Assembly: GCA_907165135.1 (NCBI GenBank) | Contig: OU015567.1 | Span: forward strand, 4,278,001 to 4,342,000 | DNA length: 64,000 bases | Direction of reading: 5' to 3' | From: Oikopleura dioica | Taxonomy: Eukaryota; Animalia; Chordata | Shown: positions 13,773-25,891 of the stretch, in pieces | Layout: each line of letters opens with the position of its first letter | How positions within the stretch are numbered: position 1 is the first letter of the stretch | Notes under the pieces: generated by a model | Told to the model about the DNA's origin: nothing | Databases searched by the model: none | What the model saw: the letters and a program-made list of their open reading frames with translations, nothing else | Made by a program: the position numbers and the translations under genes

Positions 13773-14489
13773 GCTCCTGTTTGATGATTCTCTTCCATGA
13801 TTCCAAAACTGGAAAAACGAAGAGCAGTAATTATCTTCTCCAAAATGTACAATTTCTACTTCTACTACTCGACAAGCAGCTAACTCGCACCAATCCAAGC
13901 AACGAAAAATCTAACTGTACATTATTCCTCTAAAAAGTATTTGATGAAAAACAAAGAAAATTTCATCAATTTTCTGTAATCAAAAGTGATCGCCTCTAGA
14001 ATATCGAGAAGGCATCGAATTTCTAATAAAAGTTTAATTATTCTGTACCATAAAAAATACTCTTTCGTGTTTTTGAACTCGTAGTAAGGGTACGCTAAAG
14101 GGCTCTTTCTTTTTTTGCGAACTGGCTGTTATTTATTTGCTCGAATTATTGAGCAATTTGAAACTGTTAATTTCACGCTTCGTAGTCTTTCTGGTGCTAA
14201 AGAGTCGCGATTATATCTGTTAGATTCCGGTGAAATGTAATTAAATGTTTTCCAGAATTAGTAATTATGAACCAAGAAAAAGCCGAGGGCGATTTTTATT
14301 CTCAATATTTTTATGCAGATTATGCAGAGCATTATTATTTCAGCTACTTTGAAAGACACATTTTCTTTAAAAAAACGGAATACCCTTTTAAGAATCTTGG
14401 TTATTTTATTTTCGCGTTCGATTATCATTTCAATGCAGCGACCAGAGTGTGCAGAAAGAAGGCAGGAAATCCGAGCTTTTTTCCCCAAC

Positions 14490-16679
14490 AGTTTTTGAAG
14501 GACAAAAATTACCTTATTTTCATCGGGCTAGCGTATTTACGCTTAAGCAGCTATTCCCTTTTTTAATTGTTTACTTCCTATCAATATAGTCTATTGCTGA
14601 TACATTATCGTATATAATTATCTCGAATATATTTTACATTAAACCATTCAGGTAGAAAACAGGGACTTCTAATGTTCAGTTATCTTTGAATTATCTTGTC
14701 ATTCTCCATTTCTTCTTCTATTATTTTTATATATTTATCGCAAATATTATCGCTGCAGTCTATGTTATAACCGCATTGATACACTCATCATGTGAGTCCA
14801 TATCAAACGCGCTATGAAATATCGAGAGCTTACTTTTTCGATTAGTCTCCGTTTGCCAAAGTCGCCGTTTGCCCAAATTGAGAAAACGGCGACTTGGGCA
14901 AAAGGCGACATTGGCGAACAAGACCACTCTATTTTTTTAAATTACAGTTGGTTTCCTATTTTCCGGAGTCCACTTTTCCGGACAATTTTCAGATTTTAAG
15001 GCCTTTGAGTGGGACACTGCAAAATCGACGATGGTCCAATTTTCCGGACTTTTTTCAAATTTTATTGAGAGGTTATAATTTTTTTTGGGAAAATAGAGGC
15101 AATCGACGGCTGAATTAAATTCTTTTCGGGCGCAAGTGGACCTTGTTGGCGAGATTTCCATCAATTGTCAGAAGCTAAAAGTTTACTCCGTGGTAAATCG
15201 ACTTTTAGACTGAAAAATGTCTGTTTCTCGAAAAAATTTAAGTAAACTTGGTGGCACATGCATTTTTATCCGGTGACAGTCACCGGGTGACCCATTTTTC
15301 CGGACATTTTTTCGAAGACCAGGGGACAAAATTTGTCCGGAAAAAAGGAAACCAACTGTACATATAATAACTGCAATCATCTGTCAGATCATTTTACAAA
15401 CAAGCAATTAAAAAAAATAGACATTTCAATTAATAAATCTTCAAATAGAAAAGTTGTTCCAAGTTTTTTTGAACTTATCACTGACACATTACACTTATCA
15501 TAATTCTGGTGTTTTATTTAAAAAAAATATATTGACATTTTTATCTCTTTTCATTCGTTTGAAAACTGAGAAATAGTAATCAACGAAGATGACTAGATGA
15601 ACAATTGCACAGCTTTAAATTTGTCAGAAAATGAAATAAGATGAAATTTTCTAGCATCAGATGAAGGATATAAGTCGGGGATCAATCACCAGAGCTAGAA
15701 AAAAGTTCCAGAAGACGAGATCGAAGAAGAAATTTCACGACTAGAGTGCGACTAGAGGCAGGAGAGACTAGAGGAGGCAATTAAACTGTACAATTTGCGC
15801 ACATTTCTTTTTTGATTGAAGGCGTCTTACGAGACGGTAATGAGAGGAGCTCAGCCTGTCGTAAGAGCTGCCCCCTATATCGATAGTATAGCATGCTCTC
15901 TAGCACCGAGAAGATTATGAAGCGTAAAAATAACAGTTCCAGAAAGCTATATAAATCGAGATCCCTGAACCTTCCAGCACAGACAATAACAGTCAGTTGA
16001 AAAAAGAGCCTTTTCAAAGGAAATCTTTTAAATCCGGTCAAAAATGATGAAATCAATGCTCTTTGGTCTCTTTGCCGTCGGATCCGCTTCTGTCGACCAT
16101 TTCGGCAAGATCCGAATGCCTCGATTTGAAAAACTGGTCGGTTCGGAGGTCGATTTGGCTGGCCCGATCGCCGTTGACTCGGAAAAAGACTGTACTGACC
16201 TCTGCCGCGTTGCATCGTTCTTTGCCAGTCCGACACGACAATACGATGCCTACTGTGATTTTGCGGATATCTACGCTGACGGACAATGCTTTCTCTCTGA
16301 AATTCCAACATTGCAAGAATTCATCGTCGACAAAACTGGCTCCCGTGCACTTTCCTGCCGCGCTCTTTGCTCCTTCATGTCCGACTGCATGGTTGTTCAG
16401 ACCGAGTCAAAAATAACGCGACGAATGACCTCCCGAACTTGCTCCTTTTTCAATGGATACGTCGAGGTTCAACGAACCAGGTTTCCCGTCGAAGTCGAGA
16501 TGAAACAGACCATGTTTGAAAAATACATCCAAATGTGAACTGCTGACCATATTTCCCCTGTTCTGTTCTCTTTATTTCATTTACTATTCTACTTCTATCT
16601 TATCTTATTATCTTACTTATCTGAGTAAAGTTATCTCATGCAGAAAATCGCGTTTGCCAAATTCACCCTGTCAACACAA
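14490..16679. repeat. Copy 1 of a ~3.3-kb tandem segmental duplication (continues at 27983-28050 after the LTR element)
   Basis: Near-identical to 29630-29954 plus 41807-43170. The PAN-gene ATGs are 26,493 bp apart; subtracting both insertions leaves ~3.3 kb. Confidence 0.85.
16044..16538 (+). CDS. Secreted 164-aa protein with two PAN/apple-like Cys modules (copy 1)
   Basis: Intact intronless ORF with a hydrophobic N-terminus and two Cx3C...C...C modules (DCTDLC...YC...QC; SCRALC...DC...TC). TATATAAA lies upstream at 15948-15955. Paralogue at 42537. The domain call is by cysteine pattern only. Confidence 0.7.
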   Translation: MMKSMLFGLFAVGSASVDHFGKIRMPRFEKLVGSEVDLAGPIAVDSEKDCTDLCRVASFFASPTRQYDAYCDFADIYADGQCFLSEIPTLQEFIVDKTGSRALSCRALCSFMSDCMVVQTESKITRRMTSRTCSFFNGYVEVQRTRFPVEVEMKQTMFEKYIQM

Positions 16680-16952
16680 TAGATAGTGTCCTTCTCTTAA
16701 TGTTCTGTCTGGATGATGCCTGAGCTGCTTTGGTCTGTAAAAAGGGATCAACTGACTGTTTCCGGTTCTATTGTTGTATTTGCTTGTGTGTAAGTGGACA
16801 GTTTGTATATAGTAATTGAATGACTGTATAACTGACTGACAGCGTTAGATGGTTGGCAGAGTCTTATATAGAGTGGTGGTTGCTATGTGTTATTCAGTAA
16901 GATGTTGTCTTGGTTACAGTTCAGAATAGATCAGAGTTGGGACACTACTGTA
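16680..16952 (-). repeat. 3' LTR (273 bp)
   Basis: Identical to 27710-27982 except one T/G difference (16731 vs 27761). Abuts the polypurine tract. Confidence 0.97.
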
Positions 16953-16964
16953 TCCCTCCCCTCC
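16953..16964 (-). other. Polypurine tract GGAGGGGAGGGA
   Basis: All-purine 12-mer immediately upstream of the 3' LTR on the minus strand. Confidence 0.9.
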
Positions 16965-17308
16965 TGTCTAATTTTGAGAGCATAATTTAACTGAAGGAAG
17001 GGGTGGTATTTAACATTACTTCTTTGCTTCATTTCTTCAATACATTTCTTTGCTTCTGCTGTTGCATCATTTTAGTAGCGTAATAAGTGACTGAGTAAAT
17101 ATATGTACACGCAGTTTTCAAGTTTCATTTCAGTACATAGAATTTTTAGCGATAGTAGAATAAAATTTTTTTTTTTGTAGTTTTTTCGGTTTTTTGTAGA
17201 TTTTGATTTTTACATTGATTGATTATAAAGATTTTTATCTTAGATTTTTTCATGAATTTTATACTTTTTTTTTTTTTTCTTTTGATGTTTTCTTTTTGCT
17301 GTGACTCG

Positions 17309-18281
17309 TTAGATGTTGTAGCTTCGTGGTTGTGGTTGTATTGGTTGTGCTTGTACTGGTGTGTTAATCGAGCTGACACAAGGTGTGCCGATATGCTGAT
17401 TCTCTAATTGTGATGTGAGTTCCTCGATTCGCTTCTTCAAATCCATTATAACATAATCTTTCTCGTCGTGTTTGTACGTGATATTGTCCGATGTAATAAT
17501 TAGCTGTTCGATTCTTGTTCTAGAAGTGGCGATGAGTTGTGCTTCCAGTTGTTTTCCAGCATTTGCCTTCGCTAATACTGTGCCGCTTTCGATTGCATCG
17601 CCTTCTTCATGCAATATTTGCCATTGCATGTTTTTAAATCGTTGAGTGTCTTTTGGTTCCAATTGATCTTCTTTCTTCCACTCACTATCTCCCCATTTTT
17701 CCCAACTCTCTGATTTCCAAGAGTGTTCGTTGGGGGAATTTCCCCATACCTTATCAGTTCTGGAACTGGTGACTTGGGAGTTCCAGTGGCTGTTTTTCGG
17801 GTAAATCTTTCTCTTGTTCATCTTTTTGTTATTTCTGAAAAACTTTGAACTGATTTCTTCTTCTGAGCAGTATCGTGGCTTCAACCGTTATATATATATA
17901 CTTGTATTGACTTTGTTTCCATGGCAGACTGTAGTTCTTCTTTTCATTCGTGATTTCCGTTGAATTGTTCTTGATTTCCCTTCCTTCGTTGATTGTTGAT
18001 CGCCGCGCTTTTTCCGCAGTTGGTTGCTATCGTCGATTTCCGATTTCCGCTTCAATTGTCCATCGTCGTTGCGTCGATTTCCTTTTTCCATTGTTCGTCG
18101 TCGCCGCGCAGATTTCCGTTTCCCATTGTTCGTCGTTGCTCCGTTTCCAGGTGGTGACATCCGCTTTGGTTCCGTTCCGGTGTTGACTTCTCCATTTATC
18201 GTCAAGACTTCTTCCGTTCTGTTTCCAGGTGTTTCCATTGTTCCATTGCTCGGTGGCCGCTCTCATCAGTCCGCCTAGCAA
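17309..18281 (-). CDS. Accessory ORF(s) of the LTR element: Trp/Lys/Arg-rich repeats plus a C-terminal coiled coil; broken in this assembly
   Basis: ORFs 18027-18281, 17888-18238 and 17309-17884. The last two share a frame and are separated by one TAA at the end of a (TA)n run. Repeated DEQW/WKR(K)S-like units, two WG dipeptides and a DLKKRIEELTSQLE heptad. Confidence 0.55.
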
Positions 18282-18364
18282 CGCCGACTGTATTTAAAGT
18301 GATCAAAATCTGTCGATTCATCAAATTTTGAAGTTTAAAAATTTGTTGAAATTTTGAAACCATT

Positions 18365-18829
18365 ATGCAAAGAGAACTTTTGCGCAAATTTTCCGAGTTC
18401 GAGATCCCGCGTAATCAGCAAGAGGTCGATATTCGCAGTTCGTTCCGGGCCACTGGATTTACCATTCTTGGGGGCATCTCGTCGGCGGATGAGGTGATTT
18501 GCTTTTTGGAGGCAGTCTTCTGTTGGGATGACTATCACGAATCTTTTGTGATTGCAGAGGTATTGACGCACAACGAAGATGGGTCCTATTCCCGCCGGTA
18601 TCGAGTCTGCCCCTATGGTTTGGCGGATTCTGTAATTACGTCGCTTCTTCTTGGTCTTGGTGGAGCATGCTGCATCAATTTTACAAGGTCCAATTGGCAT
18701 AAGATTTTAGACTACTCCTTTTTCAAGGAACATTGCTATTGGTTCAATCTTCAGAGAGAACTGGGAAGTGATTTGATGGCTGCAACATACTCCACTGACT
18801 TGTTTCGCCAGCTTTCAGTCTACTTCTAA
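18365..18829 (+). CDS. Antisense accessory ORF (154 aa) inside the LTR element, function unknown
   Basis: ATG-initiated, globular-looking composition in otherwise AT-rich DNA, followed by AATAAA at 18905-18910. Confidence 0.65.
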   Translation: MQRELLRKFSEFEIPRNQQEVDIRSSFRATGFTILGGISSADEVICFLEAVFCWDDYHESFVIAEVLTHNEDGSYSRRYRVCPYGLADSVITSLLLGLGGACCINFTRSNWHKILDYSFFKEHCYWFNLQRELGSDLMAATYSTDLFRQLSVYF

Positions 18830-19320
18830 GCCCTCTGTTTCTTTTGTTTTTTCGTAGAATATAGAATATTTTTGAACTGGTGTTTTACAGTTATTTGCAG
18901 GAAAAATAAATTTATGCATTTGAAGGTTAACAGTACTGATTTAGAATGGGTAAGCATTGAACGGGTAGGTAGTTGTTACTGTAATTCGTGTGAGGTTAGA
19001 GAAGTGTAATTCTTGGTACAGTACTTTTTTGCATTAAGCATAGCTAAGTATGAGTGACATGATAGGTACGACTGTAATAATGTGTTAATTACTGTAATTA
19101 ACGTGAGATAAGCAATGTGAAATTTGTGGAGAATTCTGATTTTCAGGTAAATATCAAGGGTATTACTGTAGTTATTCTGGTGGTTACTAATGAGTAGATG
19201 GCGATTTACAGTGTGTTAGCAGGGTTACAGTATTTTGGCCTTTCGGCATCTTTTTTCAAAGAAAGTAGTTATAGTGGTTCTTCTTATCGGAACATCTTTT
19301 GCTTTCTTTGTGTGACTGTA

Positions 19321-21751
19321 TTAAAATTTTATCTTCGCTTTTCTAGAGCGTGATCTAGTTCCTAGTCCTGTGAGTTTATTTGTAGAAGTTAAACAGCATT
19401 TCAGGAGGTTTTTTAGTAGGGTTAATATAATGATAAGTATAATGATGATAGTAGTAGCCTTTTCAATTTTTCCAAAATAATATTTTATTTTTGAGTGATG
19501 CTGAGATGGTATCATATTCATGACTTTGTTATTAAATAAAGGTAAAATTTGATCGTCTTGGTTAAAAAAGTTTTTTCCAAATTCAACGGGTGTAACTGTG
19601 ATATTAATGTTGGTAGGTTTTTGTTTTTCAAATAAGCTAGCGGGCAAGAATAAGGAGGGATAACAGTCTACTAAAATTTCTTCGCCCCTTATTTTATCCG
19701 CGCTTATGAAATTTCGACCTTTAAACAGCTGTAATTCATTTGCGATATCATTTTCTTTTAGAATGATCTTTGATTCTTTGTGTGTGCTGATTAATATACC
19801 TCTTTTCGCAAGAGATATGTAACAAGTCTCTTGCTGTCCTTTGATTGTTAGTGGGTAGCATGTTATTGGAAGATCACTTTTGGAGTTAATCAGAGCTCGA
19901 GCGCAAATTCTTTCATGTGAATCATTGTTTAAATTTGTAAGCTTACATGATATTATATTTGTTGATTCGGAGCAGTGCTTTGCTGTGATTATTTCCATTA
20001 TTTCTTGATTTAAAAATAAAAATTCTGGAATTTTCGGCATCAGATAATCATTATTATTCTCTAATTTCGGTGCAACGTTCATACGAATTGGTAGGAATGA
20101 ACTTTTTTTCAGCTAATGGAATCTGCATGAAGTATCGAAAAACTAATTTATACGCTATTTCTGCATCTTTGAAAATTCCGATTAATTGAACTCGATTTTT
20201 GTTAAATAGATATAAACAGCTCGTTGTTATGTAATTTTTTGCCGAATTCAATTTTTTACATTTATTTAGAAAAGCGTTCAGAATTGTTGTGTCGCTTATA
20301 TCTATTAGCTGATTTATCCTCATTAAGAATTTTTCAATATTTGCATTTACTATTTGACTAATTGTTGATTCTATTATTTGTGATTCTAGCTTACATGTTT
20401 CTTCAGCGATGACAGTTTCGATGGCAACTGTGTTACTTTTGATATGCTCTATGTCTTTCTCCATACTTCTAATTTCTTCCTCTTCTTTTTGTTTAAGTGA
20501 ACCTCGGTATAAGTGTTCCATTATAAGTCCTCCTATTAGTCCTGATGCAACTGCTACTGCTTGTCGTTTGCCACGTCTTCGTGCATTTATAGCTTTAGGG
20601 TCGATTGAATACCATCCCCAATGGGTAGTGAGCTGATATGTTGGGAGGCCTTCTTTTTGGAGATAATTCTGGAAAATATTGCAAGCTTCTTCTGCCAATT
20701 CTATATGTACTACAAAGTACATGTTCTGTTTGCTCATTGGTTCGTGGGGAAGCGGGCATGTAATGCTGAAGTAGTCATATGCCATTACTGTGCAGTGTTT
20801 CCCATACATGGCCGTATCTATGTAGTCTTCTTCCATTGCTTCTTTTTCTTCGTCCGATAAGTAAATTACTTTGATATTATACTCGAGATTGTTTTCAAGC
20901 CAATCGTGGCCTTCTTCAGTGTTGAGCCAGGCTCTTTCTTCGTCGTTCATACTCATATGGATACCCACCTCTTCGATAAGCATTTTGTTTTTTACTACCA
21001 TCCAAAAGACATTTGTTGGTTTGCATTGAAGTCCTATTTTTTCTAAATCGCTTTTTCCCGAGTTCAACACATATTCCTTAAAGATGTTGTGTGTTGTCAC
21101 ATTGTTGACGGAGTTGAATGGTGTCCATTTCAGATTTCTTCGTATTAGTCTGTAACCAAAATTGTAAGTCCTTCCTGCTGGTAAGTAGTTTGTGATTATC
21201 GTTTCTATCGTATTATTTACTTCAGTTCCTCTGAGTGTGTAGGGTAGTGAAATTAATGGATTTCTGTCATCTTGTTTGACAGTTTCTATTGAGCCATCTT
21301 CGTATTGTATTTCTGGCAATTTTGGTGGTTCTGCTGTTGGTTTTGGGCTGCTTCTTCCGTAAACTTCTTCATCATGTTGTAAATTTGTATTTTCAAGGAA
21401 TGTGTTAAATTTTTGAAGTCCTTTTGCTTGAAGTCCTTCGTGCTTCGCGTGAAGGTCGTTGCAGTGGTAGTTTTCGCACGTAAAATAATTCTTGTTGTTT
21501 CGCAGTCTGTCTATGATACCGTGGGCTATGAGAACGTTGATTGATTTGTAATCTTCAGGGTCTTTGAGGCAACTTTTAATGTCTGGTTCTGATACATGTG
21601 GGAACTCTATGTGAAGATTTACTTCTGTAGTTTTCGAGTCAATTTCTATAATTAGATTTTTGTCTATGGGTTCTACAAGGGTATATGTCGCGTTATTATA
21701 AAATGCATTTATGGGAATACATAAGATGAGTTGTAGTATTATTATTTTCAT
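19321..21751 (-). CDS. env: Envelope (class I fusion-like) glycoprotein; one frameshift at an A7 run near 20105
   Basis: Signal peptide MKIIILQLILCIPINA, furin-type site RRRGKR followed by the hydrophobic QAVAVASGLIGGLIM and a heptad region, and C-terminal TM ATTIIIILIIILTLL with a basic tail. Removing one A joins ORFs 20054-21751 and 19321-20082. Confidence 0.88.
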
Positions 21752-24700
21752 TGTTTGTAGTTAACTATCTTTCTCTGCCTTTTTCCTCTCCTTGGATGTT
21801 CTCTTGTATAAGGTCTCTCTCCCTCTTTATTTTTCTGGTTGATGATATCTATCAATGATTTAAACTGGCTGCTGTCTGCTTGTAACTCGGTGTTTCTATT
21901 AGCTTTTCCGTTTGGTTGCTGAGTTACGCTTCCTTGTTCCATTGTCATTGACTTTTTTGTCGTACTTCCTGATGTTTGTTCCTTTTCCATTCGTCTCACT
22001 TCTTGAATATTGTCCTTGTCTGGAGTTGCTTCCTGATTTCCATGGTGATTTTCTTCGTCTTCCGATGTTTCTGAGTCGATTTCGAGGAATTTCGGAGTAT
22101 ATCCTTCTTTGTTGTTTTCATCTTCTTCTGTTATCTTTTGGATTGGTAATGGTATTCCAAATTCATCTTTTAGTAGTCCAACTTCTTTTAGTTTCTCTTC
22201 TGTTTCCTTATTCAGCTTTAGTCGTCTTAGCATTTTCTCATTTCTGAAGATCTTCTGTCCAGTTAGAAGATTTTCTAACTTTACAGATCCTCTATTATTT
22301 TCATGGCAAAAGTAAGGTCCAGTTGTCTTCTGACCGTGTCCTAACGGGCTGTAGTCCATGGTGACAACGACTTGTCCTCTTTTTATTTCATCTTTGTTGA
22401 TAGTTCCTTGATTTTCGATGTACTTTATATATTTGTCATTGCCTACTTCCATGTGATACTTCATTAAGTTGCGGTTCCATATTTCTCTTGCTTTTTGCCG
22501 ATCATCATCGCTCAAGTCAGAATATTTTTTCTCCAAGTCTAAATTTGTTCCGAACGATAGAATGTGGTGAGGCGTGATGTTTGTTAGTATTTCCATAGGT
22601 GTTGCCCATTTGAGATTTTCTTTCGGCTTCGAGTTTAGACTTCCAATCGCAAGGTTCAAATGCTCCACGTCATTGAATCCTTCTTCTTCTGCTAGTTTCT
22701 GTGTTGCTAGTATGTGTTTTCGAAAAGGTTTGTGAGTTCTTTCTACTGCATTTCCTGGTGCATTTAAAGGTGTGATTGTGCTATGATAAATGTGGTGTTG
22801 CTTCAAAAATTGTCTAAATTCTGCTCGAAATTCTGGACCATTGTCCGTTAGGACTTTCGTCCCTTCTCCTAGGCAATAACGAAATATGAAGATAAGCATG
22901 GCCTTTTTAACGCTATGTGTTGTTTTATCTTGTATTGGAATTGCATCGAAAAGTTCCGTGAATTTATCTAGTAGACTCAGCGCAAATGGTACGTCCGAGT
23001 TTCTTTTTAGAACAATAATATCTATGCAAATTTCTTGAAATGGCCTAATTGATGGAATCGTTTTTCTACTCGAAAGTTGTGGCGTTCGCCTTTTCCGCAT
23101 TTGGCATATAAAACAATTTTGAACGATTTGCCTCATTATTTTTGATTTTTTATGGACATGAATTTTGTTTTTTGTGAGCAACTTGTTAAGTGGTTTTTCA
23201 CTACTGTGTCCAAAACTGTAGTGAAATGTTGTAAGTGTTATGAATGCTTGTTCTTTTGGTAGAATGATTTTAGTTTCCTTATTTGGGAAGATTTTGTGTA
23301 ATATTCCATCGATGTTTTCGTATTGGGCTTCTCCTATTTCCCATATGAGTTTTCCATTTGATTTTCTGCGTACATCAATGCAGAATCCATCTTGTTCCTG
23401 TGCTGCTTTTATTTCTTCTTTCGTGAATGAAATAGTACTTGGATGTTTGAGTTTGACATCTTCCAGTATTTTAATATTATTTAGCTTCTCTTCTGGTAGT
23501 ACCGCATTTGCCCATTTTGTTATATCTGCTGCTTCGAACGTCGATGTGTTTGTGATTGCTCTGCTAAGTCCATCCACGCAGTTGATAAGGCTGCTTTTTG
23601 CTGATACATATCTAATTTCTAGATTTGGCATTTCCATAATGCACGCGAGTGCCTTGCGAACTCTCGTTACCGGTTCTTTCTTTGCTGTCTCGTTATTTTC
23701 CAATGTCATAAGTGATTTATGGTCGACAAACGCGTAAAGTTTCCTCCTTGTATCGATAAGATCTTTGAAGTACGTAAGTGTTTCATCAGTCCGACCATTT
23801 CCCTGTTCCTCGATGAGTCTAGTTGTAAGTGTTTTGCAAAAGCTCCCGATCCATAAGCAATTGGCTTTATATTTTTAACTTCTTCGTCATTGACTTCGGC
23901 TAGTCCGTACATGCAACCATAGCCAGTTAGTGAACTGTCGACGGCTATAATGTATGATTCTCCTATTTGAGGTAATGCATGAAAGAGTTGATTTGAATTT
24001 CTGATGTTTTGTTTCAATTTTTCTACCGCTGTGTTGACTTTTTCAGATCCTTTGAATTTCTTGTTCGAAACTTCATCCATTAGGGGTTTTAGAATATTCA
24101 TTGCTCTTGGTATGACTCTTGCGTAGAATTGCACAGATCCCAAATACTTCTGCAAATCTTTTTGTGTTTTCGGCGTTTCTAATTTGATAAGTCCTTCGTA
24201 TTTTGATTTGATCGGTTTTATTCCTTCACTATTTAGTCGAAATCCTAAGAATTCTACTTCGTTCGTTCCAAATTTGCATTTGTGTATATCCAAGATGATG
24301 TCGTTGTCCAAAGTTGTTTTGAGAAGCCATTCCACAGCTAATCCAAGTGTTTTTCAACTGCAATGAGAATGACGTCATCCAGATAAGTTTCTATTCGAAA
24401 GTCATTTTCAAATCGTCTTGGTAGCTCGTAGACTTCATGGATGAATTGACTAAAGCATGCTGGTGCTATTGAAAGTCCTTGTGAGCACTTTTTGTATTGA
24501 AGTAGTTTCTTTGGTGTCGGAAATGCTGTGTATTTGCGGTCTTCTGGAGCGATTGCAAGGGTAAAGTAACCCGACTTCATATCTACACTGATAAATTTGA
24601 TTGGTGATTTCGGGTGCGCGCGTTGAAGATCTCCAATATTTATCGCGATGCTATGAAATAGGCTTCGAATGCTTCGTATCGGCCATTGAGGGACGTTTAA

Positions 24701-25891
24701 CAGTGGGTTTAGCCATAATCTGAAGTTCGTGACCAATCGATATTTGTTGTTCTTTTTCTTTATGATCATCGATGGTGATGTCCATGAACTGTTGCTGTGT
24801 TCGAGTACGCCGCTCTTTACCAATTTCTCAAGAAAATCCATAATTTGGGACTCCTCGTTATTTGGGAATTTGTAAGGTCTTCTTGATTCTGGACGTCTAT
24901 TTTCCATGTTCTCATTGAATTCTAGCTTTATCAAATAGTTTTTGTTGAATCCCACATCATTCTCTTGTCTCGCGAACACAGGATGGTATTTTCTCGTTTT
25001 CTCCAGAATTTCTTCTTTTATTTCCTCTTCAACTTCTGCTTCTCTAATTTTTGATTCTATAAGTGTTGCCATGTTATTTTGCCTTATCAGATTTGTCCTT
25101 TGTCTCTTCCATGACTCGTATTCTCTTGAGTGTTGTTCTAGTTCCGGTCTTGATAACATGTCTGCTCTTATGAGAGTGTTAATTGTTTCCAATGTTGAAT
25201 TATTTTCTGCGATTTCTCCAAGAATAGTTTTTTCTTCAATGATTATCGATTTCCAGCTTTCATTTATTCCATATAATGTTTTGCTTTCTCCATTAAGTAC
25301 ATCGAATTGTATTCCGCATTTTTCCATATCTTTGCTTTTGTCGATAAGTACCTCACCTTTTATGTTTTCATTTATTTTCAGGGAAAAACTTTCTTTTGGA
25401 CCTATGATTACTGAGGTCTTGTTAGTTATTTCGTTCTTATTCTTTCTTCGAGTGGTTTTTACTACGATGGTATCTATTTCTACTATTTCTGTTATCTCGT
25501 TAATCTCTAGTGGATTGAGTTCAATATTTATTCTCGAAAAGTTAATGTCCAACATCCTTATTAATGGGTAACCTAATATACAGTCGAAATTCAAGTTGGC
25601 GTCTGTAAGAAATAGTTTCGCCTCTGGTACTTCTAGATCCAAGCACGGGAAATAAATATTAGGCGTAATGTGATCTGATATTTTATCTAAGATTTTTCCA
25701 TCTCCTCCTTTAATTATGAATTTTTCACATGAGTTTGTTATTGAACTGTGACCTATGTTTCTTCTTTTTATTAAATTAAGTGATGATCCAGAGTCAAGCA
25801 AAGCGTTTACATTTATATTTACATTTTGATTAAGTTTTATGATTATACCGATAACTGGTAGTCCTTGATTTCTAGGAGCTGTTTCGGTCAT
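21748..25891 (-). CDS. pol: Pol polyprotein (protease, RT, RNase H, integrase); two single-base frameshifts (~24340, ~23780)
   Basis: LLDSGSS (PR); VDMKSGY and YLDD (RT); VDSS, NRE, VDHKSL and DGLSR (RH); HHCC, CIDI, TDNGPEF, VERTH and a GPY motif (IN). Confidence 0.95.

Noticed and set aside
14267-14566. Recurring AT-rich ORFs (also 29275-29595 and 44353-44646)
   Set aside because: They come from the duplicated non-coding unit; frames and stops are not conserved between copies.
15781-16416. Overlapping alternative-frame and antisense ORFs over the PAN-like gene (also 42490-43109)
   Set aside because: They are shadows of the real ORF; their lengths differ between the near-identical paralogues.
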